Below, piece after piece: positions 28,266-36,952 of a stretch of DNA of 64,000 bases (position 1 is the stretch's first letter; each line of letters opens with the position of its first letter). The position numbers were made by a program, and so were the translations under genes. The stretch comes from a virus (taxonomy: Duplodnaviria; Caudoviricetes). The notes beneath the pieces were generated by a model, which did not search any database, was not told the DNA's origin, and was given only the letters and a program-made list of their open reading frames with translations. The stretch spans positions 1-64,000 of the IMG/VR virus record IMGVR_UViG_2799112954_000004; one strand, written 5' to 3'.

Positions 28266-28269
28266 AATT

Positions 28270-28665
28270 CTATTCGTTATTAATTTTGTAATTCAGTCTG
28301 TTGTTTATGACGTGCCAATCGATACCCTCAGCCTCATAGACTTTCTGTTGCTCGAGATAGACTACCGCCCCTCCTACAGTGAATGACTCCAGTATGGAGG
28401 AAGCAAGTTCAGACAGCTCACCAATTCTTGCAGAATCTTCTTCCGCCTGCCCATCGATAATATTGTCCTCAACGTAGATATTCACGTTTACAACGGCTTC
28501 TTGATTTTGTCCGTTCACGTTGGATAGCACTGAGATGATGATGTCCTCCTTGGTCGAGTTCTTGGGCCTGCTCGTCTTCTTCAGCAAGCCAGTAACCTCA
28601 TTGACCAGCTCGGACTTCATCAAGTAGTTGTAGATATCCGTTTTTATCGCGTACTCGGTTTTCAT
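28270..28665 (-). CDS. Tail terminator/completion protein
   Basis: Position and RPKNSTKEDIIISVL...VNVNIYV motif. Confidence 0.6.
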   Translation of the reverse strand: MKTEYAIKTDIYNYLMKSELVNEVTGLLKKTSRPKNSTKEDIIISVLSNVNGQNQEAVVNVNIYVEDNIIDGQAEEDSARIGELSELASSILESFTVGGAVVYLEQQKVYEAEGIDWHVINNRLNYKINNE

Positions 28666-29153
28666 ATCTGGATGGAATTTATCTTTTTCGTTGCCTTATC
28701 TACGGCTTTTTGGATATACTCATCAACTTTCCCCCTTGCCCAGGTTTCAGTCGATGCAAGCACATCTTTGTTTTTAAGAGCCTCAACGTAATCTGCATAA
28801 CTCATGGCAGCGACCACCACCAACGCATAGGTGTTGGAATACTTGGAGGCTAACTCCTCGACCATCTTTCTACCCTCACTCTGTCCTTTAGAACCTTCCT
28901 TAACTACAGCAAAGGCAGACTGCATGAGCGCCTTGCCGTGATTGTAGATGGAATAACCTACGGAGCTACGGAGATTTCCGGTGTGGTCTATCCAGCTCTC
29001 TTCGCTACTTCTATCTCTGATTTTGTTCAAAGAGGTCTCTCCCATATAAGCCAAGGCACTGAAAATCTCGTCATTGAGAATACGTGCAGCAGTCTTTAAG
29101 AAAGCATCTACTGCCTCTTTCGGAGTTACCATCTTTATCTCCATCAGATCCAA
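28662..29153 (-). CDS. HK97 gp10-like neck protein
   Basis: WIDHTGNLRSSVGY...VVVAAMSYADYVE motif. Confidence 0.75.
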   Translation of the reverse strand: MDLMEIKMVTPKEAVDAFLKTAARILNDEIFSALAYMGETSLNKIRDRSSEESWIDHTGNLRSSVGYSIYNHGKALMQSAFAVVKEGSKGQSEGRKMVEELASKYSNTYALVVVAAMSYADYVEALKNKDVLASTETWARGKVDEYIQKAVDKATKKINSIQI

Positions 29154-29476
29154 ATTTTACATTGATGCTGGTAACGGTGAAATCCCTTAACCTCAAACTC
29201 CTTCTCGTCTGAGCCAAAGAAAGCAATTTTTATCTTATCGCCTCGCTTGAACTCACGGCAGTCTGGAGGGAGATTATACACGGTGTACTCGTAATAGCCT
29301 GACGTTCCATCGTCATACGTTATCACATTCTCCTTGCCCGATGGAACCACATCGCACCTGCAGTAGTTATCTACCCATTCGGTACCGCCTTTGTGGTAGT
29401 CACCGTTTTCATCGGTATAGCCTTTGCTGCTGATGCAATAGGATAGGAGGTGTGGCGCAAAATCCAAGACAGCCAT
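29144..29476 (-). CDS. Head-closure/head-tail joining protein
   Basis: Position; GYTDENGDYH..., GFHRYQHQCKIWI. Confidence 0.6.
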   Translation of the reverse strand: MAVLDFAPHLLSYCISSKGYTDENGDYHKGGTEWVDNYCRCDVVPSGKENVITYDDGTSGYYEYTVYNLPPDCREFKRGDKIKIAFFGSDEKEFEVKGFHRYQHQCKIWI

Positions 29477-29477
29477 A

Positions 29478-29804
29478 TTAATCGAGTATTGTTACCGTCG
29501 GCTCACCATCGTCAAACGTAGGCTCGCCAATCTCACCGTATAGTTTGTTAGCTCTCTTCAGTATCAGCTTTCTTTGCTCGTCCGTGAGCGTTCCAATGCT
29601 CTTGTCCGACTCGGAAAACTGAATCGCTCCCACGAGAGAATAAAGACAGTCCGCAACAGCACCCTTGTAGGCATCGCTATCCATGGTAGGCTTATCGACG
29701 TCCTTGGTGCCATCAAGTTCTCGTTTGATGAGGATGTTCTCAATATACCCTACTGGGATAGGATAATGAACCTCGTCTCTCAGTGCTTGCAATACTGTCT
29801 TCAT
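29478..29804 (-). CDS. Head-tail adaptor (DUF6706-like)
   Basis: Follows capsid gene; YKGAVADCLYSL...FSESDKS motif. Confidence 0.6.
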   Translation of the reverse strand: MKTVLQALRDEVHYPIPVGYIENILIKRELDGTKDVDKPTMDSDAYKGAVADCLYSLVGAIQFSESDKSIGTLTDEQRKLILKRANKLYGEIGEPTFDDGEPTVTILD

Positions 29805-29816
29805 TCTCTGTTACGT

Positions 29817-31115
29817 TTAGGATGCTGGAGTGAGGGCATTCTTCAGAGTTTCCTCATCCTCCTCGCTCAGTTCGTTAATCTTACTAATCAGCGTATTATC
29901 GCCAATGTTAGAAGCAACACGGTTGCCAGTAATGGCAGCAAGCTGCTTGATCACGTCAGCCTTTGTGTACTTCTTGCCCCATACCGTGATATAGGTGTCG
30001 GAAGTATCAGCCTTCTCAGCAGTCTCGTCAACCTCCTCAGAGAGAGTGAGGTCAAGCACATACACCTGGTCAACGTCTTCGATGACAGGTGCTGCCAAAG
30101 CCTGACCGCCAGTAACCTCACGGAGAGGATTGGTCAGAGAGTACTCAGAAATCAGCTTATAGTCGTCAATAAGGCTGTAGGTCACGCCATCGACGTGATT
30201 GGTAGCCTCAGCAAGCTGACCATAAACGAAGGAGCCAACCTGCTCATTGCACTCGAAGATGATACGGTTGTTGTTCCAAGGCTTCTTAGAGGTCTTCTTG
30301 CCATTCTTCTCGAACAGAACGGTACGGTTGATTACCTGGAACGTTGCACCAGTGTCATCGGTGAATGCCTCATTGAAACGCTTTGCTGTAGGAACCGGCA
30401 GCGTGGTGTCCTCAGTGTAGGACTGACCATTATAACCTGCAACGAGCTCACGAGCCTCACGTGTCAGACGCAGTGCATCATAGGTAGTCTTGGAAATCCA
30501 AACCTTGATGACGGTGTTCTGGTCACGAGAGTCGGCAGTGGAAATAACATGCTTGATATCGGAGAGAGAGATAACACCCTTTGTAGTTGCGCCAAAGGTG
30601 TTTGCAGCAAGGTAGCCATAGTTAAGGCGCATCAGACTGCCTTCCTTATCAGCATCCGGCATTGCGACATAGCCCTCGCAGAGACCAAAGAGGAACGAAT
30701 ACTCCATGAGCTCGTCGAGACCGACATTACAAGCCACAGGGTCGTCAGCAAGTTTCTTTCGGATACGGGCTGCGTTGCCTCCCTGCTTCTCCATGATGTT
30801 GAGCTGAGTAATATCAGACTCTTTCAGCTTCTTGGAGATGGCAGACTTAGGCAGCTTGCCATTAGCCGAAGCAATGCTGTCACGAGACTTGATGGGCAAC
30901 TCGGAGTCCATGGCTACGAAATCTGCAGATACGTAGGTAGTGTTCACACTTGTGGACTCCCACTTGTTGTCCGGAGAAAACACTTTCTTAAGGATAGTTG
31001 TATCCTTATGCAGATAGGTCAGCGTGCCGTTTCTCTTTCCGTTGATTTTCTCAATGAGAGTGGTCAACAGAGGGAAAAACGAAGCGACCCATTTCAAAAA
31101 CAAAGATTCATTCAT
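29817..31115 (-). CDS. Major capsid protein
   Basis: 432 aa after scaffold and decoration genes; ADFVAMDSELPIKSR..GKLPK motif of Bacteroidetes siphovirus capsids. Confidence 0.8.
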   Translation of the reverse strand: MNESLFLKWVASFFPLLTTLIEKINGKRNGTLTYLHKDTTILKKVFSPDNKWESTSVNTTYVSADFVAMDSELPIKSRDSIASANGKLPKSAISKKLKESDITQLNIMEKQGGNAARIRKKLADDPVACNVGLDELMEYSFLFGLCEGYVAMPDADKEGSLMRLNYGYLAANTFGATTKGVISLSDIKHVISTADSRDQNTVIKVWISKTTYDALRLTREARELVAGYNGQSYTEDTTLPVPTAKRFNEAFTDDTGATFQVINRTVLFEKNGKKTSKKPWNNNRIIFECNEQVGSFVYGQLAEATNHVDGVTYSLIDDYKLISEYSLTNPLREVTGGQALAAPVIEDVDQVYVLDLTLSEEVDETAEKADTSDTYITVWGKKYTKADVIKQLAAITGNRVASNIGDNTLISKINELSEEDEETLKNALTPAS

Positions 31116-31141
31116 AATTACCTAATTGAAGATTGAAGCGG

Positions 31142-31540
31142 TTACTCGTCATGGTCGAAACGAAGCGTAGGTACGGCCTTCACGATAGCGTCCTTGATGG
31201 AATCTACAGCGTAAGGGCTTGCTACGTCATTCACTTCGCCAGCATACATGATAGCTACGAAAGGCTCAGCGGTGGGCACAGTGCTTACCGCAACGCCTAC
31301 ATATACACAATTCTCCGGCAGCGACTCATACGCGTCGCCAGCCTCATTCACTGGCATGGGCAGATACTCCCCAGTGGTAGTGTTCTTGATAATCACATGG
31401 CCGGCGCGGATAAACTCCTGCTTGTAATTATCAACATTGAGCACTTTGCCACCTTTGATGCCTGCGGTATAATGGCGGATAACCACAGGGTCGTTACCGA
31501 AGCCAAATGCCGCCTTTGTACCAACATCTACTACACTCAT
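31142..31540 (-). CDS. Head decoration protein
   Basis: Between scaffold and capsid; GIKGGKVL..., IRAGHVII. Confidence 0.6.
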   Translation of the reverse strand: MSVVDVGTKAAFGFGNDPVVIRHYTAGIKGGKVLNVDNYKQEFIRAGHVIIKNTTTGEYLPMPVNEAGDAYESLPENCVYVGVAVSTVPTAEPFVAIMYAGEVNDVASPYAVDSIKDAIVKAVPTLRFDHDE

Positions 31541-31562
31541 TTTTGTTGTCTTTTAAGATGGT

Positions 31563-32357
31563 TTAGAACTGATCGGCCAAATCGTCAAGTTCCTTATCAG
31601 TTAACTGTTTGGGTTTGTCGTCCCCATCGGAGTCATCTTTCTTGTGGGTGCCAGCCGTTCCTGCCTCGGAAGGTCCGAGCTTCTTCAGACCAGCATCTGC
31701 TCGCTCCTGATTGTACGACTCCAAATCCTCGGTCACCTCGTCAAGATAGTCCTGGAAATCGTCTTCAGACTTGAAAGTGCTGGCAATTCTGTCAAACTCT
31801 CTCAATCGTCTCTCGCCGAATTTACCGGTGTCTTTGAGGATGGCTTGCAGTTTGGCTCTGCGGCCATTCGAGACATTTCCCTGCTTCAGTCTGGAAACCT
31901 CATCGCTCAGCTTATTCACAGAATCAGCCAAACTCTTTGCCCACGCCGGAGTAGCGTCCTTGTCATCATCATTTTCCTTCTTGGATTTGGCGCGACGTTG
32001 CTGACCATTCTTCTTACGGCCTGCCTTTCCTTCATCGCCATCGGGATCGTCATCACCGTTAGCGGAGTCGTCCGGCTCATCGTCATCATCGTCGTCTTCG
32101 TCTTGGTCGTGCTCTTGCCGATACTTGGCAATAGTACGCTGTGCGGAAATCTGTCCGTACTTGAGGAGTTCCGTTGCCTTTTCGATGGCTTCATCAATGG
32201 CACCGTCAACGTCCTCGTCGGAGGCATTATCTTCGACATCAAGGTTATCGGCAATCTTAGCAGCGATACCCTTAATCTCACTACGACTGAAACCGAGCGC
32301 CTTTACATCCTTACTCGTTTTCAGCTTCTTCAGAACTTTTTGAAAATGTTTGTTCAT
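31563..32357 (-). CDS. Capsid scaffolding protein
   Basis: Highly acidic helical protein (poly-D run), PAWAKSL motif, upstream of capsid genes. Confidence 0.7.
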   Translation of the reverse strand: MNKHFQKVLKKLKTSKDVKALGFSRSEIKGIAAKIADNLDVEDNASDEDVDGAIDEAIEKATELLKYGQISAQRTIAKYRQEHDQDEDDDDDDEPDDSANGDDDPDGDEGKAGRKKNGQQRRAKSKKENDDDKDATPAWAKSLADSVNKLSDEVSRLKQGNVSNGRRAKLQAILKDTGKFGERRLREFDRIASTFKSEDDFQDYLDEVTEDLESYNQERADAGLKKLGPSEAGTAGTHKKDDSDGDDKPKQLTDKELDDLADQF

Positions 32358-32473
32358 TACTATTATAGTTTAATGTGAGTTATCGCAGTCGTATGCGAAC
32401 AGACTTTCTCAGAACCATATAGCAAGAGCAATGTTTCAACTAAGTTCTGTTGCGCACGTCTTACTACGCATCG

Positions 32474-32503
32474 CAAAAATACGAAATATATTTGAAAGAC
32501 AAA
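32474..32503 (-). promoter_or_regulatory. Class II promoter for head operon
   Basis: TTTGTCTTTCAAATATATTTCG-TATTTTTG. Confidence 0.7.
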
Positions 32504-32554
32504 TACTTTAATGAAGATTTAACAATCGTTATACATTCTGCGCTACGCATAACG

Positions 32555-32589
32555 AAAAAGGAGCCGACGGTATGGAAACCGCCAGCCCC
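32555..32589 (-). terminator. Intrinsic terminator
   Basis: GGGGCTGGCGGT-TTCCAT-ACCGTCGGCTCC followed by TTTTT on minus strand. Confidence 0.75.
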
Positions 32590-32620
32590 TAAGAAACATA
32601 TATGAGCAATGAAAAATTGC

Positions 32621-33529
32621 CTAATCGAAATTGTGCTCCTGCTTGTACTTGGCTATTCTCTCCAGCTCCTTGGAGCAATAGTCCTCATCGTACCGCATCA
32701 GCATATCATAGCACCACGCTGCCGTTATCGACTCCTCTGATCCATCGAACACCTTGATATCCTCCTTCCTCGGTAGATTGTGGATGAAGACGTCACGACA
32801 CAGCTCCCACTTCCCGCTTACCATCGTATAGCCGTCAGATTTGACAATCCATGTCCGGCTCACCGTCTCACTGATGGAGATACGACCGCCATTCCGCTTC
32901 ATAGCGTCAACGACCATGTTGGCTTTCTCGGAGCTATGCTCATAATGGTACTCGGAGCATTGGTGGAGCAGTCTCAGCTTCAGCCAAAGAGAGCTAATCA
33001 ATGGCTCAGCGTCCTGGAATGAGAAACTCCACATCTCACCACAGCACCTGCACTCAATGAGCACCTTCAACTCGGTCTCGGTGTTCTTGACTCCGCACAC
33101 ATAGAGGGTGTCTCTCAGACCATTATAGCCATAGTTCACCAAAAATCCCTTCTCGCTTGGCTTACCGAATTGCTTATCAAGCGGAAGGCCGTGAGGGCAA
33201 CGGACGTTAACAAGCAATCCCATTTCTTCGCTTTTTAGCTGCATGGTGCCACACTTCATCATGTCTTCTATATCCTCAGCTTTCAGCTTGTAGACGTTGA
33301 CACGGAGCATATTGGGGATGAACTCACTCTGACCTATAGGACTCGGAGTGGTGAAGTCTCCAACCTCTATTCCGTCCTCGTCCGGCGTAGAGATGCGCCA
33401 ATAGCAATTCAGAGGACTTCCATTGTAAAGGATGTCCATCAACTGCTCATAACGGCAGTAATACATACTCTCGCAGCTGCCTATCTTGACACGCTGTCTG
33501 TCACTCTTTCTAATTGCGTACTCTCCCAT
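32621..33529 (-). CDS. Hypothetical protein, Cys-rich (302 aa)
   Basis: ORF track; CRCCGEMW and other Cys motifs; no family recognised. Confidence 0.7.
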   Translation of the reverse strand: MGEYAIRKSDRQRVKIGSCESMYYCRYEQLMDILYNGSPLNCYWRISTPDEDGIEVGDFTTPSPIGQSEFIPNMLRVNVYKLKAEDIEDMMKCGTMQLKSEEMGLLVNVRCPHGLPLDKQFGKPSEKGFLVNYGYNGLRDTLYVCGVKNTETELKVLIECRCCGEMWSFSFQDAEPLISSLWLKLRLLHQCSEYHYEHSSEKANMVVDAMKRNGGRISISETVSRTWIVKSDGYTMVSGKWELCRDVFIHNLPRKEDIKVFDGSEESITAAWCYDMLMRYDEDYCSKELERIAKYKQEHNFD

Positions 33530-33532
33530 AGC

Positions 33533-33826
33533 TTACAAACAGATTAAACGGTTCTTTGTTTCTGCATACTTCATAGCTCTCTCGATTCCGTCTTTCTGGC
33601 CGTTGAGTTTTGCGATTACTCTTTCTACCTTCTCAACCTCTGCCAGGTCCTTAGCGAACAATTCTGCACCGCACTTGACGGTGTTCATTCGCTTATTGAG
33701 GGAACGGATCTGCTGCTTTACCTTACGGCTGTTGATGTACTGACCAGCGTCTATGAACGCGAACAGCTTGTTGGCCATAGAGTCGGAACTGGTCTGCTTG
33801 ATTTGCAGTAACTCTTTTGTTTCCAT
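33533..33826 (-). CDS. Hypothetical coiled-coil protein
   Basis: Likely start METKELL at 33826, preceded by shared leader GTAAATAAGAAAC...AAAAGCA. Confidence 0.65.
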   Translation of the reverse strand: METKELLQIKQTSSDSMANKLFAFIDAGQYINSRKVKQQIRSLNKRMNTVKCGAELFAKDLAEVEKVERVIAKLNGQKDGIERAMKYAETKNRLICL

Positions 33827-33855
33827 TGCTTTTAACTTTATGCGTTTCTTATTTA

Positions 33856-34125
33856 CTACTTCCAAGGATAATCCATCTCGAACTTCATAGCAACCGTCTC
33901 GCTCTTCTTGAACGATACGCTGCAAATCCCGTAATTCTTATCGCTACGATAGATGATTTTGCCGAGGCCCTTAACAAAGGCTCTGTGGCCAACGCTCATA
34001 AGGTAATCAATAGCGTCTCTCACAGTTCCGAAAGACTTGACGACCGATACCTCTGTCTCCTCCATCTTCTTAGCCTCGTTATTGAGGTGGGAGACTGTTC
34101 TGACGATTTTCACTTCCTTTTCCAT
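33856..34125 (-). CDS. Hypothetical early-type protein
   Basis: First gene after class I promoter copy 1. Confidence 0.65.
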   Translation of the reverse strand: MEKEVKIVRTVSHLNNEAKKMEETEVSVVKSFGTVRDAIDYLMSVGHRAFVKGLGKIIYRSDKNYGICSVSFKKSETVAMKFEMDYPWK

Positions 34126-34142
34126 TGCTTTTGGTGTTTATA

Positions 34143-34239
34143 ATGTTTCTTATTTACAAGTGTAAAGGTAGTTATTTTCACCGATTTATGCAAACAAAGT
34201 GCCGATTATTTTCTTTCTCGAGAACTAAAGAAACTTAAC
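34143..34239 (-). promoter_or_regulatory. Class I repeated promoter/leader, copy 1
   Basis: GTTAA...TTTG-N20-TACCTTTA-CACTTGTAAATAAGAAACAT. Confidence 0.8.
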
Positions 34240-34278
34240 GAGAAATGGCACCCAAGTCTCTGCTTGAATGCCATTCTC

Positions 34279-34503
34279 TTACTTGTACTTACTCAGCCAA
34301 AACGCTTTGTACTTCATAGCTTGCTCTACGGATATTCCGTACAGCTTGCACTCGTATGAGAGCTGAGTCTTGTCGTTCGTCATCTTCTCACGATAAAGCA
34401 TTCCCCAAACACATCCTGCACGATGCTTAATCTCTGTTTCTGCACTAACCGTGAATTCGGAATGCATCTTCGTGGTCAGTTCTTCCTTCAATTCGTGTTC
34501 CAT
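34279..34503 (-). CDS. Small protein downstream of MuF, candidate immunity/antitoxin
   Basis: 74 aa; own -7 box TATCTTTG (34508-34515) abutting the MuF stop. Confidence 0.55.
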   Translation of the reverse strand: MEHELKEELTTKMHSEFTVSAETEIKHRAGCVWGMLYREKMTNDKTQLSYECKLYGISVEQAMKYKAFWLSKYK

Positions 34504-34515
34504 AATGCAAAGATA

Positions 34516-36249
34516 CTAATCTACTTCGGATAATCCAACATAATCGTGGAGATAATTCAACTGGGGCAGATCATTAAGCCGCAGAAAGCCGTTCCAGTGA
34601 GTTCCAAGAAGCATTTCCTTTCCAAAGTCCAAAGATGCAATGTAATTCATCGGAGTAACATCACCCATCTTTTTCAGCCTGGAGGTGACGATATTGTATT
34701 GCTCCTTTGTTATCACTTTGTCATCATAACGCATTTTGGCGAGGTCTTGTATCTCCGAGGTCTTAGCACAGAAACCATATTTGGCCCAGCAATAGCCTCC
34801 GACATCGATATTGGCTTTCACCCTTACTTCATCAACACCCATATTCTCATACTCAGAGAACAGGCTTCTGAAGATGGCTTTTGAAATTCCCTTCCCCTGC
34901 AGTTCCTCTGGGAGGTCAAACAACGCGTGGTCGACAATAATGCGATTACCCTCCTTAAAAAAGACTCTGTTCAGTTCAACGTCTTCGTCATCAGAACTCA
35001 GCCCTTTATAATTCATGGAGACTGAACCGTTATCCAAGAACGAAATGGTCTTTCCACTCCAATAAATCTCGTGCTTGTCTCCAATCTTCTCCATACTCTC
35101 ATCGAAGCCTTTGAGGTTGAAGCCTTTCATAGCTGAATGGTTATACCTATCAGCATCAAATCGGTTGAAGTTGAGCGAATGAAGCTCCTCAACAAGCTCT
35201 TTCGACACAAGGAACGTTCTCGCTTTCTCCTTCTCCATCTCTTCCTTATACACCTTCTTGTTGTCTCTAAGGAAATATGGGAGGGTGCCCTTTCTCTCCG
35301 AGGCTTTGATAGTATCCTCGTTTTTGACCAGCCATTGGGAAAACCTCCTTGGATAGCCTTTGGGAGCGTTGACGCTTGTAGTGCTATCACTCCAAAACTC
35401 TTCTTCCGTTTTGAGCACTGGGATGCAGTAACAAAAGCAATTAGGGTGCCAACCCGTGAACTTGAAATCTTTCGGGTAAACGCCTTGCAGGTCGTCACAG
35501 ATGTCCTGCCGAGGATGGGACTTGCTGAGCTTTATGCGGTAACCTACCACAAAATCCAGTTTCTTCCAACGCTCCTGCTCTGCTGTTCTGTAAGCCATAT
35601 TGATCTCCGTCCGGGCAAGTCGGATGGAGTTATACTCACAGTTATGGCAATCGGTTGCCTTGCCATACTTCTCCTTATAGTCTTTCTTAAGACTCTCGAA
35701 GTTCTGAAGATATTTGCTCAGACGCTTACTGAGGGTAACAGCACTAATTCCTTTCTCAATGCCACTCGACAAAGCATTTTCAAGCTCAGTCTTATACTCG
35801 CCTGACTGCTTCCAAAGTTTTTCAGAGAGGTTCATTCCTTTATCCCTCCTTCTTTGGAATGCTTTCAGCGCGTCGCTGTTCGGGTCGTAATAGACCTTAT
35901 GCTTCTTGCCTCCGGCCTTACTGCCATAATACTTCAGCATCTTATTCACAAGCAGGTCTTGGAGCAAGTTGCTCTCCTTCCATTCCTGCGATGTGCCAGT
36001 GTATATGACGGCTCGGATATTGCTGACAAACGCACTTCTCAGCTTATTCACAGCGTCTGCGGTCTGAGGATAATTCGAGAACGAAAACGGCGTGGCTTGG
36101 GACCCATCGTAATCAGTCCTTAGAGCGATTTGCGACGCTTCCAAATTCAGCATATCGTAAATTTGCTGCACCATGATGGAGTATTTGTTTATCCTACTCC
36201 GTAGCGCAGCGTATGCCTTTTGCTGGTTAGGTGTTCTGGGTTTGGCCAT
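34516..36249 (-). CDS. MuF (gpF-like minor head protein) fused to C-terminal GNAT-like domain
   Basis: RLARTEINMAYR, DICDDLQG.YPK.FKFTGWHPNCFC (MuF); LQGKGISKAIF and ANIDVGGYCWAKYGF (GNAT-like). Confidence 0.8.
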   Translation of the reverse strand: MAKPRTPNQQKAYAALRSRINKYSIMVQQIYDMLNLEASQIALRTDYDGSQATPFSFSNYPQTADAVNKLRSAFVSNIRAVIYTGTSQEWKESNLLQDLLVNKMLKYYGSKAGGKKHKVYYDPNSDALKAFQRRRDKGMNLSEKLWKQSGEYKTELENALSSGIEKGISAVTLSKRLSKYLQNFESLKKDYKEKYGKATDCHNCEYNSIRLARTEINMAYRTAEQERWKKLDFVVGYRIKLSKSHPRQDICDDLQGVYPKDFKFTGWHPNCFCYCIPVLKTEEEFWSDSTTSVNAPKGYPRRFSQWLVKNEDTIKASERKGTLPYFLRDNKKVYKEEMEKEKARTFLVSKELVEELHSLNFNRFDADRYNHSAMKGFNLKGFDESMEKIGDKHEIYWSGKTISFLDNGSVSMNYKGLSSDDEDVELNRVFFKEGNRIIVDHALFDLPEELQGKGISKAIFRSLFSEYENMGVDEVRVKANIDVGGYCWAKYGFCAKTSEIQDLAKMRYDDKVITKEQYNIVTSRLKKMGDVTPMNYIASLDFGKEMLLGTHWNGFLRLNDLPQLNYLHDYVGLSEVD

Positions 36250-36442
36250 TTCTTCTCAATTTGAATTTGTCTGAGCAACCATCCATGGAAAGCAGCTTGC
36301 AGTATTCAGCAAACTTGCACCGACATAAAATCGGCTCTCCTTTGAGACTCATGGAGTGATAGTCGTAGGCATTCTCGCAATCACGACAATGCCCGAAATG
36401 TTTGGGCTGAGGGCTACTTGCCTTCCGTCTTTTCGTCACCAT
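36227..36442 (-). CDS. Small Cys-rich protein
   Basis: HCRDC...CRC...C...C in 71 aa. Confidence 0.55.
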   Translation of the reverse strand: MVTKRRKASSPQPKHFGHCRDCENAYDYHSMSLKGEPILCRCKFAEYCKLLSMDGCSDKFKLRRNGQTQNT

Positions 36443-36746
36443 GGATATACATATTTAAGCTACCCTCGACAACGGTAACATCGCCTGAGCGTCTTACCTT
36501 GTACTCGATATGAGATTTCAGCGCTCTGAATATTGCCAGGGCGACGCGGTTCTTGGTGTCTTTTAGGATAGCTTTATTTGCTACCCGTTGAGACATTTTA
36601 TACTCCTTTTGCCACTTTTTACGGTCTTTCTTAGTATAAGTAAGGCCAATGCCAACTTTCTTAACATCGTAGCCGTACAGTGCCTTTTCCTCGCCCAAAA
36701 TGCGCTCTCCTGCTTTGATAAGGAGATAACCTAATTTCTTGATCAT
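36414..36746 (-). CDS. Hypothetical protein
   Basis: Likely start MIKKLGY overlapping upstream stop. Confidence 0.55.
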   Translation of the reverse strand: MIKKLGYLLIKAGERILGEEKALYGYDVKKVGIGLTYTKKDRKKWQKEYKMSQRVANKAILKDTKNRVALAIFRALKSHIEYKVRRSGDVTVVEGSLNMYIHGDEKTEGK

Positions 36747-36952
36747 ATCTCTACCTTTGATTCTACTGCGTAACAAATACTCACGACCATTCCGAACTCG
36801 TTTGTGCACTCTCTACGGACAAACTCGATGGACGAGACAGGTAATCCAGTCTCGTCCTCAAACTGATGGAGCTGTTCGGAAATACTTTTCTCCAGCAGGA
36901 ATTTCTTGTCTCTAATCTCTGAAACGTCCATACTACTCGGCTCCTTCATCAA
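36743..36952 (-). CDS. Hypothetical protein
   Basis: 69 aa, operon packing after portal. Confidence 0.55.
   Translation of the reverse strand: MMKEPSSMDVSEIRDKKFLLEKSISEQLHQFEDETGLPVSSIEFVRRECTNEFGMVVSICYAVESKVEI

Noticed and set aside
29574-31136. Long plus-strand ORFs (e.g. 520 aa here, 345 aa at 17883-18920, 314 aa at 8784-9728)
   Set aside because: They are antisense shadows of well-supported minus-strand genes, show no recognisable motifs and have no promoter context
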